This document shows, in pieces, positions 19,413-28,360 of a stretch of 64,000 nt of DNA. Origin of the DNA: Candidatus Saccharimonadia bacterium (GTDB lineage Bacteria; Patescibacteriota; Saccharimonadia; Saccharimonadales; JALRHH01); contig JALRHH010000002.1 of assembly GCA_023253175.1 (NCBI GenBank), positions 320,199-384,198 of the forward strand, in the 5' to 3' direction. The notes beneath the pieces are model-generated. The model did not search any database and was not told the DNA's origin. It was given only the letters and a program-made list of their open reading frames with translations. The position numbers and the translations under genes were made by a program. How positions within the stretch are numbered: the stretch's first letter is position 1; each line of letters begins with the position of its first letter.

Positions 19413-20477
19413 ATGCCAGAGCTCCGAATTGAAATATTGCTTGAAGAAGTTATCAAGAAAAAGGCCTCTGACCTTCATATCCAGGTAGGATTACCACCTA
19501 TGCTTCGTGTGGATGGTGCGCTTATGCCTGTTGCTGGGTCAGACGCTCTGACAGAGGAAGGTGTGGAGTCTCTTGTGTTTGCAATCTTGGACGAAGATCA
19601 AAAGCAGGTACTCCTAAAGGATAAGGAATTTGACTTTAGTTTCGCGTTCGGGGACTTAGGTCGCTTCCGTGTAAACGCATTCCACGAGCGTGGAAATATG
19701 GCTGCTGCGCTTCGTTTGATTCCTAACGAGATCTTGACCATCGAACAGCTGCAATTACCGTCTATCGTTAACAAGTTTGCGGATTACCCGAGGGGGCTTG
19801 TGCTTGTAACTGGACCTACTGGTTCCGGTAAGTCAACAACGCTTGCTGCACTGGTTGACAAGATCAACAGCGAGCGATCAGCTCACATTATCACGATTGA
19901 AGATCCGATTGAGTTTACACATAAATCCAAGAAGTCTGTGATTGTACAGCGTGAAATCCACTATGATACATATTCATTCTCCGCTGCGCTTCGTTCTAGC
20001 CTTCGTCAGGACCCAGATGTAGTACTACTTGGCGAGATGCGTGATCTAGAAACTATCGCAGCTGCAATTACTATCGCAGAAACAGGTCACCTTGTCTTCG
20101 CGACACTACACACCAACTCTGCAGCTCAGTCTATTGATCGTATGATCGATGTGTTCCCACCTCACCAGCAGCCGCAGATTCGTTCACAGCTTGCAAACAT
20201 TCTGATGGCCATCTGTTCGCAGCGCCTTGTTCCGTCTATCGGCGGTGGCCGTGTTGCAGCGGCAGAACTGCTTATCGCAACACCGGCCGTTCGCAACATC
20301 ATCCGTGAGGGAAAGAGCCACCAACTTGAGGCCGTGATTCAGACTGGCTCTGAATTTGGTATGCAGTCAATGGACAAGACGCTCGTGAACCTGATTCATA
20401 ATGGCACGATAACCTACGAAGAAGCACGTAACTATGCGGTTGATATCGATGAACTTGATAGGTTAATGAGAGGCTAA
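19413..20477 (+). CDS. pilT: twitching-motility retraction ATPase PilT
   Basis: ASDLHIQVGLPPMLRVDG, GPTGSGKSTT, TGHLVFATLHTNSAAQSIDR, 354 aa. Confidence 0.95.
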   Translation: MPELRIEILLEEVIKKKASDLHIQVGLPPMLRVDGALMPVAGSDALTEEGVESLVFAILDEDQKQVLLKDKEFDFSFAFGDLGRFRVNAFHERGNMAAALRLIPNEILTIEQLQLPSIVNKFADYPRGLVLVTGPTGSGKSTTLAALVDKINSERSAHIITIEDPIEFTHKSKKSVIVQREIHYDTYSFSAALRSSLRQDPDVVLLGEMRDLETIAAAITIAETGHLVFATLHTNSAAQSIDRMIDVFPPHQQPQIRSQLANILMAICSQRLVPSIGGGRVAAAELLIATPAVRNIIREGKSHQLEAVIQTGSEFGMQSMDKTLVNLIHNGTITYEEARNYAVDIDELDRLMRG

Positions 20478-20484
20478 ACCGGGT

Positions 20485-21702
20485 ATGTTGACGTATAAAT
20501 ACGTAGCTAGAGATGCCGCAACAGGTCAAAAGGTAAAGTCTGAAATTCAAGCAGAGAATGAACAGGCCGCGGCTCGTCTTGTGACGCAGCAGGGACTAAC
20601 ACCACTTGAAGTCTCACTTTCTGATGGATCATCTGGCTTCGGTAAGTTTTTTAATAAGGTCAAAGTCAAAGATCGTATTCTGTTTGCTCGTCAGTTATCC
20701 ACCCTGATTAATGCTGGCCTGCCGCTTTTGCAGAGTCTTCGGACGGTGAACGGCCAAACCCAAAGCAAGCAGCTAAAAGTTATCACTAATCAGATCATAT
20801 CTGATATCGAAGCTGGGTCCTCATTTAGCGTTGCACTTAGCAGGCATCCAGAAACTTTTAATCAGATATTCGTGAGCCTGATCGCAGCCGGTGAGACTTC
20901 CGGTACGCTTGATAAGGCATTAGAGCGCATTGCGACACAGCAGGAAAAAGATGCGGAGATTGTCAGTAAGGTCCGTAGCGCGATGGTATATCCAGTAATT
21001 GTGGTTTTCGTAATGATTGGTGTGCTTGGTTTTATGATCGTCAAGGTACTGCCGCAGGTGCAGACGCTGTACGACGGACTAGGGGGTGATAATCAACTCC
21101 CAATCCTGACGCGTGTATTGCTAGCAATCTCTAACTTTACGATTAAGTACTGGTGGATTGTGCTTATTGTGCTTGGTCTGGCGATATTCTTTACCACAAA
21201 GTGGGCGAGGACTGGTCCGGGCAAGCAGTTTGTTGATAAAGCAAAGATGAAGGCCTGGCCTTTCGGTGCTCTATTTATGAAGGTGTACATGGCTCGTTTC
21301 TCACGCACTGCACAGACGCTTATTGCGAGCGGTGTGCCGCTACTGCAGGTGCTTGATATAACTGGAAAGTCTATCAATAATGTTCACATCGAGGCATCCA
21401 TACAAAATGCTGCTGTCAAGGTAAAGGGCGGAAAATCACTGTCGGAGGCTTTAACCGGTGACACTAACTTTCTAACGCTCGTGCCGGATATGTTGAGGAT
21501 TGGTGAGCAATCGGGTGCCATAGAGTCAATGACTGGTAAGGTTGCTGATTACTACGAGAAGGAAGTTGATCAGCAGATTAAGACGATATCAACGATTATC
21601 GAGCCAGTACTTATGGTGCTGCTCGGTGTGGTCGCATTCATAATTGTTGCCGCAGTACTTCTGCCAATCTATGGATTGGCAGGCAAGAGCATTGTTAACT
21701 AG
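20485..21702 (+). CDS. pilC: type IV pilus platform protein PilC (GspF family)
   Basis: Duplicated GspF domains, three TM helices, 405 aa. Confidence 0.9.
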   Translation: MLTYKYVARDAATGQKVKSEIQAENEQAAARLVTQQGLTPLEVSLSDGSSGFGKFFNKVKVKDRILFARQLSTLINAGLPLLQSLRTVNGQTQSKQLKVITNQIISDIEAGSSFSVALSRHPETFNQIFVSLIAAGETSGTLDKALERIATQQEKDAEIVSKVRSAMVYPVIVVFVMIGVLGFMIVKVLPQVQTLYDGLGGDNQLPILTRVLLAISNFTIKYWWIVLIVLGLAIFFTTKWARTGPGKQFVDKAKMKAWPFGALFMKVYMARFSRTAQTLIASGVPLLQVLDITGKSINNVHIEASIQNAAVKVKGGKSLSEALTGDTNFLTLVPDMLRIGEQSGAIESMTGKVADYYEKEVDQQIKTISTIIEPVLMVLLGVVAFIIVAAVLLPIYGLAGKSIVN

Positions 21703-21821
21703 CTAAAGTTGCTGTGGAAAAATTTCACTAAAGTAACTTGCTTTCATAAAATAAAGCGCTTATTATCAAAAGCATAAGCGTAAACATGCGCGATAATAAC
21801 GGTAAAGGGGGCATTTGCCTT

Positions 21822-22247
21822 ATGTCATATCAAAACTTACGAAAGAAAACAGAAGGGTTTACGATTATCGAAGTCCTGATTGTACTCGCAATTGCAGGTC
21901 TTATTATGCTAATTGTATTCTTGGCGATCCCACAACTTCGCCGTAACCAACAGAACACCACTATGCGCAACGAAGCATCGCGTTTGCTATCTGCTGTTAC
22001 AGAATACGAATCTAACGCAAATGGCCAACAGGTTAATGATGACACTAGACTGCAGACAGTGTACACCGGTCAGGGTACCCTTCAGCAGCTAACATCTGTT
22101 ACTTACGGAGCGGGAACTACTGCTACTGGTGCGGGACGTTTGGTCATTGGTACCTGCAATGGCAATACCGCTACTGCAGCAACAGGACGTACATACGCGC
22201 TTCAATTTGGCTTAAATGGTGGCCAGACTGCCTGTATCCAGTCTTAG
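21822..22247 (+). CDS. pilA: major type IV pilin
   Basis: Class III signal MSYQNLRKKTEG|FTIIEVLIVLAIAGLIM with Glu at +5. I set the start at ATG 21822, behind AAGGGGG. Confidence 0.85.
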   Translation: MSYQNLRKKTEGFTIIEVLIVLAIAGLIMLIVFLAIPQLRRNQQNTTMRNEASRLLSAVTEYESNANGQQVNDDTRLQTVYTGQGTLQQLTSVTYGAGTTATGAGRLVIGTCNGNTATAATGRTYALQFGLNGGQTACIQS

Positions 22248-22270
22248 TGCAACTTTTCTCTTACTAACAT

Positions 22271-22296
22271 AAAAAGAGTCCGTACGGACTCTTTTT
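22271..22296 (+). terminator. rho-independent terminator after the pilin gene
   Basis: AAAAAGAGTCCGTACGGACTCTTTTT, a perfect hairpin with flanking A and T tracts. Confidence 0.8.
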
Positions 22297-22363
22297 ATGT
22301 TAGTATTACGCTAATGATTATTCTAGAGCTTGCATACTTTATACAGCCAGGAAACAAGGCCTC

Positions 22364-23200
22364 GTGATTTACGCAGTACTTATAATTTTAGGACTTTGTT
22401 TCGGGAGTTTTGTAAATGCTCTGGTATGGCGCTTACATCAACAAGATTTGCCGAAGAAAAAGCGCGCTGCGAGTGATGCAGAGCTTTCTATAGCAAAAGG
22501 TAGGTCTATGTGCACGCACTGCAAGCATACGCTTGCATGGTACGATCTGGTACCAGTCCTGAGCTGGACATTACTTATGGGTAGATGTCGCTACTGTAGA
22601 AAGCCGATAGGGTTACAGTATCCACTTGTAGAGCTATTGACGGCCATAATCTTTGTCTTGTCTTACGCATTCTGGTCCTATGACCTGAATTCTGCTGCAG
22701 GGCTTGGTATGCTCATCCTATGGCTTGCGGCTACTGTGGGCTTCGTAGCGCTTACAGTATATGATCTGCGCTGGATGCTACTGCCTAATAGAATTGTTTT
22801 TCCCTTGATAGGACTGGGGATTTTTGTTTCGTTACTGCGTGCAATTCAGGCTGACAGCATAGCTGGCTCTCTACTTGGTGCATTGGGCGGACTTGCGGTG
22901 GCTGGTGGTATTTTCTATGTTGTATTCCAGGTGTCTAATGGCACATGGATTGGTGGGGGTGATGTGAAACTCGGGTTTGCCATCGGTTTATTCTTGGGTG
23001 GTCCTGTGTTGGCGTTTCTCATGTTGTTTATAGCCTCGTTACTGGGTTTATCGGTGGCGATGCCTGGTATCGTGTTGAAACGATCAAAATTGAACGCAAA
23101 ACTACCTTTCGGTCCATTTTTGATCACAGCTACTCTTCTGGTTATGCTGGTAGGGCAGCGGATCGTAGACTGGTACCTAGGTACCGTTTTATATCTATAA
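22364..23200 (+). CDS. pilD: prepilin peptidase PilD (A24 family)
   Basis: CFGSFVNALVWRL, zinc-ribbon Cys pairs CTHCKH...CRYC, polytopic membrane protein. Confidence 0.9.
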   Translation: MIYAVLIILGLCFGSFVNALVWRLHQQDLPKKKRAASDAELSIAKGRSMCTHCKHTLAWYDLVPVLSWTLLMGRCRYCRKPIGLQYPLVELLTAIIFVLSYAFWSYDLNSAAGLGMLILWLAATVGFVALTVYDLRWMLLPNRIVFPLIGLGIFVSLLRAIQADSIAGSLLGALGGLAVAGGIFYVVFQVSNGTWIGGGDVKLGFAIGLFLGGPVLAFLMLFIASLLGLSVAMPGIVLKRSKLNAKLPFGPFLITATLLVMLVGQRIVDWYLGTVLYL

Positions 23201-23257
23201 ATAAAGCTGTGCAAAACTAGTACTTGCGCATTGTGCTTATGGTATACTGAGGCATAT

Positions 23258-24094
23258 ATGAACAGGGGTAAGGGCAGTCTCACGCGTATGCGCATAGGTG
23301 GTCAGTATGGCTATACTATTGTTGAGGTACTCATATTCCTGGCAGTGAGTGCGGTGCTATTCGCTTCAACTATGGCGCTTCTCTCTGGCCGTCAGCAGCG
23401 CGTGCATTTCACCAATGTTGTACGTGATTTTGAGACAAAACTTACCGATGTTGCTAACGATGTATCGAATGGCTATTACCAGTCGGCAGGAAACGTTACC
23501 TGTGATAATGCGCTAACTATAGGAGTGTCAGCAAGCAAAACACAGGGTACCAACAACGAGTGTATTATGCTCGGTAGAGTTATTAAGTTTGGTTATGATA
23601 CCGGTGGAGAGCGTTTTGGGATCTATTCGCTGGTAGGTAGGCGACAAGCGGCAGGCAAAGATGTGAAGAATATAGGTGAGTCAGGTTTGGCGCTGTTATG
23701 GGTTTCGGGTGCCAATGATGATACCAAGCAATCATTTCGTGAGCAGAGAAACGTAGGATTTGGTGCGAGCATCCGGTGCGTCGCGGTGGGCAATAGTTGT
23801 ACACCGGGTGGCAATAATGGTGCATTGGCCTTTGTGACGAGGTTAACTGGAGGGGCGCAGCCTAGCGCATCTGGCGGCACGATCTTTGCAGATGCGTATC
23901 TCTATGATCAACTGGCACTCACGGCCTCAGAGGATAATTTTGTCGCACACGTTAACAGCACTACGCCAGTAAGTCTTACGCAGCCTTTAGTCATCTGCCT
24001 GCGGAGTGGTGGGACCAACCAACATGCGCTCGTTAAGCTTATGAATGGTAGAGTTACGTCAGAGATCAAGGAAGGGGCGGCACTGTGCAATTAG
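23258..24094 (+). CDS. pilin-like protein (minor pilin)
   Basis: Prepilin signal ...RIGGQYG|YTIVEVLIFLAV with Glu at +5. The start is uncertain (23258 or 23288). Confidence 0.7.
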   Translation: MNRGKGSLTRMRIGGQYGYTIVEVLIFLAVSAVLFASTMALLSGRQQRVHFTNVVRDFETKLTDVANDVSNGYYQSAGNVTCDNALTIGVSASKTQGTNNECIMLGRVIKFGYDTGGERFGIYSLVGRRQAAGKDVKNIGESGLALLWVSGANDDTKQSFREQRNVGFGASIRCVAVGNSCTPGGNNGALAFVTRLTGGAQPSASGGTIFADAYLYDQLALTASEDNFVAHVNSTTPVSLTQPLVICLRSGGTNQHALVKLMNGRVTSEIKEGAALCN

Positions 24095-24516
24095 TTAGGC
24101 CGTTCGGGCAACGTGGTGAGACGATCGTAGAAGTTCTTATTGCGATTGCCGTCATTGGGTCTGTAATCGGTACCTCTTATGCAATTGTTGGACGTAATAG
24201 CAGGCAATATCAACAGGACGACGAGCGAACCATAGCTCTATCAATCGCTGAAGCACAGCTCGAAGAAGTCCGTAATATCGTTAAAGATCCTCAGTCACCC
24301 AATAGGTCGATCGTAACGACTGACAATACACCCTTCTGCGTCAATAGTACTGGTGCTCATCAAGATGCTAGTCAGTGTTCTCTCTATTCCCGTTATTTTA
24401 CTCAAGTTTATAAGCCAGCAGGAGATACTATGTATATTGTCGAGGTCAATTGGCAGGGCGCAAACAGCACCGGCGGTACTACTGACAGTAAAGTCTCCCT
24501 GAGGTATAGGTTATAG
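24085..24516 (+). CDS. pilin-like protein (minor pilin)
   Basis: ...FGQRG|ETIVEVLIAIAVIG prepilin-type N-terminus. GTG start overlaps the previous gene. Confidence 0.7.
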   Translation: MQLVRPFGQRGETIVEVLIAIAVIGSVIGTSYAIVGRNSRQYQQDDERTIALSIAEAQLEEVRNIVKDPQSPNRSIVTTDNTPFCVNSTGAHQDASQCSLYSRYFTQVYKPAGDTMYIVEVNWQGANSTGGTTDSKVSLRYRL

Positions 24517-24519
24517 GTT

Positions 24520-25119
24520 ATGAAAAAATTGCATACACGTGGGTTTACTATTATAGAGTTGTTGATCGCAACTGTTGCATTTTCAGCAGTGCTTTTAGTA
24601 ATCACTGGGGCGATTATTCAGTTTTCAAAAATTTATTATAAAGGTGTCGTGACAAGTAAGACTCAAGAAGTGGCTCGATCCATTGCCGATGAGATGTCTC
24701 GTGCTGCTCAATTCAGTAAAACCAAGACTCCTGTCGCCAACAACCCTGGCATTGTTAGTGCGACTGGACAGGCTTGGTGTTTTGGCGACAAGCGATTCAA
24801 CTATATTCTTGGTAAACGATTCAGTACCAGCCAGCCAGTACTCAACGCCGATACGGCGCCGGCCGGTAGTTGTACTTACAACCCCGCATCTTCGCGTGAG
24901 CTTGTGAGTGAAAATATGCAGCTGCTACGACTAGATGTCACCGAAAATGGCGATAAAGTCTCCGTCACGGTTACTGTAGCTTATGGTGCCAGTACTGACA
25001 TAAATATTGATACCAGTAATCCGGCTAATAGTTCCTGTAAGACTATTAGGCTTGGAGGGCAGTACTGTGCAATTAGTACAGTGACTAATATTGTAACAAG
25101 AAGATTAGGCAGTAATTAA
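24520..25119 (+). CDS. pilin-like protein (minor pilin)
   Basis: MKKLHTRG|FTIIELLIATVAF prepilin signal. Confidence 0.75.
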   Translation: MKKLHTRGFTIIELLIATVAFSAVLLVITGAIIQFSKIYYKGVVTSKTQEVARSIADEMSRAAQFSKTKTPVANNPGIVSATGQAWCFGDKRFNYILGKRFSTSQPVLNADTAPAGSCTYNPASSRELVSENMQLLRLDVTENGDKVSVTVTVAYGASTDINIDTSNPANSSCKTIRLGGQYCAISTVTNIVTRRLGSN

Positions 25120-25120
25120 C

Positions 25121-26200
25121 ATGAGTAAACCACCAAAACTTATATCGCAGCAGCAAGGAATGGTAGCTATCGTAACTACGATGATTCTCATGATAGTAAT
25201 CAGTATTATTGTACTTGGATTTAGCCAAGTAGTGCGGCGCAATCAGCGTCAGGTATTAGACAGGCAGCTGTCCAGTCAGGCGTTTTATGCTGCAGAATCC
25301 GGAATTAATCTTGCCCGCAAAAAGCTTAGCCAGCCAGGTGGAAGTGCATTTAGAAGTAATACATGTGATGGCGGTGGAACTCCAACTGAATATCAGCTTG
25401 GTAGTGATAATACAGCGGCAATAACTTGTTTGCTTGTCCAGCCAGTCGATACGCTCAAATTTGATAAGATTACGACCACCTCTAAAGTGTCGCTCATTCA
25501 GCCGGAGAACAATGGCATTCCAACCGATATTTATATTAACTGGGAGTCTTCTACCCCTGGTAACGTTTCTGCTAGCTGCACGATTGCGAATGCCAATAAC
25601 AAGACGCTGTTAAGGGCTGATCCTGCGGCTCCGGCTGCTGAGCGCTGGACCTGTAACCAACCAATGCTTAGAATTGACTTGGTTCCACTTGAGAGTGGCA
25701 GTACTTCTATGGATAGAGGGGCGCTTGCAGCAAGTCAGTTTACGGCTTTTTTGTATCCAAAACGTGATGCAATTACGATATCTTCTTTTGCATGGGGTGG
25801 TGCTACGGGAAACCTAAAGGGTTCGGTGATCCCAGTAAATTGTAGTGATTCCCTAGGAAATGACCCTAATAAAAAACGTAAATGTACACTGAGATTAACC
25901 GCACTACCTGCAAAGAATAGATTTGCTATTCGTATGATGAGTATCTATGGAGAAGCAAATACGGATATACATGTAGGTGGCAGTCCTTTGCTCGAGGGTG
26001 CTCAGATGGTAGTGGACTCAACGGGGCGTGCAGCAGATGTTCTGAAGCGTGTGCAGGCACGTATCCCTATTAATGGTGGTCCTGGGATCCAGATTCCAAG
26101 TTTTGCGGTTGATACTGCTGGTCCACTTTGTAAGCGATATCAGGTTATGTCGAATAATACAATTTACGGCTCTTCGCCGGCTGGCTGTCAGCTCCCCTAG
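25121..26200 (+). CDS. PilX-like pilus-associated protein
   Basis: N-terminus QQQGMVAIVTTMILMIVISIIVLGFSQVVRRNQR...QAFYAAESGINLA is typical of the PilX N-terminal domain. Confidence 0.65.
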   Translation: MSKPPKLISQQQGMVAIVTTMILMIVISIIVLGFSQVVRRNQRQVLDRQLSSQAFYAAESGINLARKKLSQPGGSAFRSNTCDGGGTPTEYQLGSDNTAAITCLLVQPVDTLKFDKITTTSKVSLIQPENNGIPTDIYINWESSTPGNVSASCTIANANNKTLLRADPAAPAAERWTCNQPMLRIDLVPLESGSTSMDRGALAASQFTAFLYPKRDAITISSFAWGGATGNLKGSVIPVNCSDSLGNDPNKKRKCTLRLTALPAKNRFAIRMMSIYGEANTDIHVGGSPLLEGAQMVVDSTGRAADVLKRVQARIPINGGPGIQIPSFAVDTAGPLCKRYQVMSNNTIYGSSPAGCQLP

Positions 26201-26209
26201 GTAAAGCTG

Positions 26210-27160
26210 CTAGTCTTTCTTGTGATGGAACTGTTCGTGGACGCTTTTTAGATGCGGATCAGTGACGTGTGTATAGATCTGGGTAGTTGAAATATTGCTA
26301 TGGCCCAGCAGGGCTTGTACCGAGCGGAGATCGGCCCCGTTCATCAGTAGATCTGTGGCAAAGCTGTGGCGTAGTGTATGCGGGGAAACGTGCTTCGTGA
26401 TACCAGCAAGTAGGGCATATTTGGCGACCATTCTCTGAACACTTCTTGCGGTTAATCGGTGTGTATTGCCGGAGTTATCAACCGTTTTGCGGCCGCTGTA
26501 GCGGGCGAATAGTGGCTTCACATTGTCAGTTCGTTTGTCGATGTATGCCTGTATCCATTCGGCTGCCTCTGGGCTAATAAATATCGGACGGTCTTTTTGG
26601 CCTTTACCGCGGACCATAAATTCACGTCTTTTTAAGTTAATGTGTTCACGATCAAGTCCAACTAGCTCTGATACACGAAGCCCTGATGAAAATAATAGTT
26701 CAAGGATTGCCCGATCACGCAGTCCCGGCAGGGTAGTTATATCAGGCTGAGCAAATAATCGCTCAAGTTCTTCTGGTGATAAGAAAGTCACTTGTTTACG
26801 AACCGTTTTGGCAAGCTCTACTTTATCTGCTGGTAGTGCGGGGATGTCTCGCTTTGCGCAGAATTTGAGGAAGCTGCGGAGGGCAATCAAATGATAATTT
26901 TGTGTGTTCTTTTGTAGCTCGTCGCTGTCATTAGTGCCAAGTCTGTTGAGCCAGAGCCGCCACTGGCGGATGAGATCAGGGTCAACATCAGAAACCTTTA
27001 TGTCGCCGGCGAAGTCGGTCAGGCGTGTCAGGTAGTGATCGTAGTTTCGGATGGTTTTTTGTGATCGGTTTTGTTCAATTTCTAGGTATTCCAGAAAATC
27101 GACCCGAGCTTTCGTAAATAGCATAAGTTTATTGTACGACATTACGAAGTTCGGTGCCAT
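26210..27160 (-). CDS. tyrosine recombinase, XerC/XerD family
   Basis: HTLRHSFATDLLMNGADLRSVQALLGHSNISTTQIYTHV catalytic region with an N-terminal SAM-like domain. Confidence 0.9.
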   Translation of the reverse strand: MAPNFVMSYNKLMLFTKARVDFLEYLEIEQNRSQKTIRNYDHYLTRLTDFAGDIKVSDVDPDLIRQWRLWLNRLGTNDSDELQKNTQNYHLIALRSFLKFCAKRDIPALPADKVELAKTVRKQVTFLSPEELERLFAQPDITTLPGLRDRAILELLFSSGLRVSELVGLDREHINLKRREFMVRGKGQKDRPIFISPEAAEWIQAYIDKRTDNVKPLFARYSGRKTVDNSGNTHRLTARSVQRMVAKYALLAGITKHVSPHTLRHSFATDLLMNGADLRSVQALLGHSNISTTQIYTHVTDPHLKSVHEQFHHKKD

Positions 27161-27202
27161 ATCTGTTATAATGACCAGGAATAATACTAAACAAGGAACA
27201 AA

Positions 27203-27727
27203 ATGGAACGAACATTAGTTGTTTTTAAACCAGACGCAATCCAGCGCGGTATCGTAGGTGAAGTACTCAGCCGCTTTGAAAAGGTTGGTCTAAAAATTGT
27301 TGGCATGAAAATGGTGAACCCGGACGAGGCGCACTACTACCACCACTACGAAACAATCGGTAAGATGGTTTCTCGCCGCGGTGAGGCACAGTTCAAGGTA
27401 CAGCTCGGCGCAATGCAAGAAGGACCGGTGATCGCTATGATCCTTGAGGGTGTTGAGGCCGTAGGTCTCGTTCGTAAAATGGTAGGTGCTACAAACACTA
27501 AAGAAGCAGCTCCTGGTACGATTAGGGGTGACTTCGCACATGCGAGTCTCGATCACGTCAACGCACACAATGTGGCGCTTCCAACTGTTCTGCACGCTTC
27601 TGGTGATCCCGAAGAGGCAGCCGAAGAGCTGGCTCATTGGTTCGGTGATGACGAGATCTTTGCTGATTACCAGACAGTACACGAATACTTTACGCAGCCG
27701 CATCCGGATCGCAAGAAGCACGGGTAG
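27203..27727 (+). CDS. ndk: nucleoside diphosphate kinase (with an insertion before the catalytic His)
   Basis: MERTLVVFKPDAIQRGIVGEVLSRFEKVGLKIVGMKM ... TIRGDFA ... VLHASGD. Confidence 0.85.
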   Translation: MERTLVVFKPDAIQRGIVGEVLSRFEKVGLKIVGMKMVNPDEAHYYHHYETIGKMVSRRGEAQFKVQLGAMQEGPVIAMILEGVEAVGLVRKMVGATNTKEAAPGTIRGDFAHASLDHVNAHNVALPTVLHASGDPEEAAEELAHWFGDDEIFADYQTVHEYFTQPHPDRKKHG

Positions 27728-27763
27728 GTTATAATGCTGTAGGCCATCATGGCCTACAGATAG

Positions 27764-27838
27764 GTCTCTGTAGTTCAACGGATAGAATAACTCCGTCCTA
27801 AGGAGCAGATATAGGTTCGATTCCTATCGGGGATACCA
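27764..27838 (+). tRNA. tRNA-Arg (anticodon CCU)
   Basis: Hand-folded cloverleaf: GTCTCTG/TA/GTTC-AACGGATA-GAAT/.../loop GTCCTAA/T arm ATAGG-TTCGATT-CCTAT/CGGGGAT-A-CCA. The acceptor stem has three G-U pairs. Confidence 0.75.
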
Positions 27839-27876
27839 AAGTAAAAGCCGGTCAGTAAGACCGGCTTTTACTTTGG
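27836..27876 (+). terminator. 18-bp hairpin starting at the tRNA CCA end
   Basis: CCAAAGTAAAAGCCGGTC-agtaa-GACCGGCTTTTACTTTGG. Confidence 0.75.
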
Positions 27877-27914
27877 TAGCTCGCGTAGCGAGCCGAACCG
27901 TAAGGTTCGGTCGA

Positions 27915-27986
27915 CAAGGCCACGCACAGATGCTTGCATCGAGCATGGCCGCGGTCGTGCATTTTCCTATTGGTAATCCGAAAGTA
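27915..27986 (+). repeat. 47-nt hairpin module (copy A) plus a degenerate copy of the tRNA-Arg 3' end
   Basis: 27915-27961 matches the reverse complement of 31845-31891 at 34/47 positions with no gaps. The following TTCCTATTGGTAATCCGAAAGTA resembles the tRNA-Arg 3' end TTCCTATCGGGGATACCAAAGTA. Confidence 0.7.
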
Positions 27987-28010
27987 TCCCTATGCTACAC
28001 TAATATCCAA

Positions 28011-28319
28011 ATGAATCCCGAACAACAAAACCAAGCTGCCAACGAAGAAGAGTATCTGTGGTGGCAGCACACTATAGGCAAGATTGGTGGGGCTGTTATG
28101 GCACTTGGCGGCATCGTTGCCGTGGGTGGCTTCTTGAGCAATGAAGTCTTGCACCAGGCCCAAGACGCACAAATAGCGTTTGCAGATAAGGTGGAGACTT
28201 TCGTTCCCCCGGATAGCGCATCGCTTGAGTTGCTGATTGGGGGATCGATGGGTATGGTTGCTGGCCAACAAATAATGGCCTGCGGGTACCGCAGGGACAA
28301 GAGGCGTTCAGAGGATTAG
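28011..28319 (+). CDS. small membrane protein
   Basis: I set the start at the internal Met (MNPEQQNQ...). The longer ORF-track N-terminus runs through the hairpin/repeat region. Two hydrophobic helices. Confidence 0.5.
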   Translation: MNPEQQNQAANEEEYLWWQHTIGKIGGAVMALGGIVAVGGFLSNEVLHQAQDAQIAFADKVETFVPPDSASLELLIGGSMGMVAGQQIMACGYRRDKRRSED

Positions 28320-28360
28320 TGAGCCGGGGTTGCAATAACTTCGCTACATTCGTGTAAAAT

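Noticed and set aside
9523-21782. Exact 15-mer AAAAGCATAAGCGTA at 9523-9537 and 21768-21782, both upstream of secreted or pilin genes
   Set aside because: In 64 kb searched on both strands, a few exact 15-mer matches are expected by chance, and more in AT-rich sequence. The two copies also align differently to their putative promoters.
26210-27160. The tyrosine recombinase as the integrase of a genomic island at tRNA-Arg
   Set aside because: The gene lies upstream of ndk and the tRNA, not between the tRNA and its duplicated 3' end. It has the typical XerC/XerD length and motifs. It is kept only as a possible trans-acting factor.
27873-28010. N-terminal extension of ORF 27873-28319
   Set aside because: It begins at a non-ATG codon inside the tRNA-Arg terminator and reads through the hairpin/repeat module. 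The internal ATG at 28011 is the plausible start.
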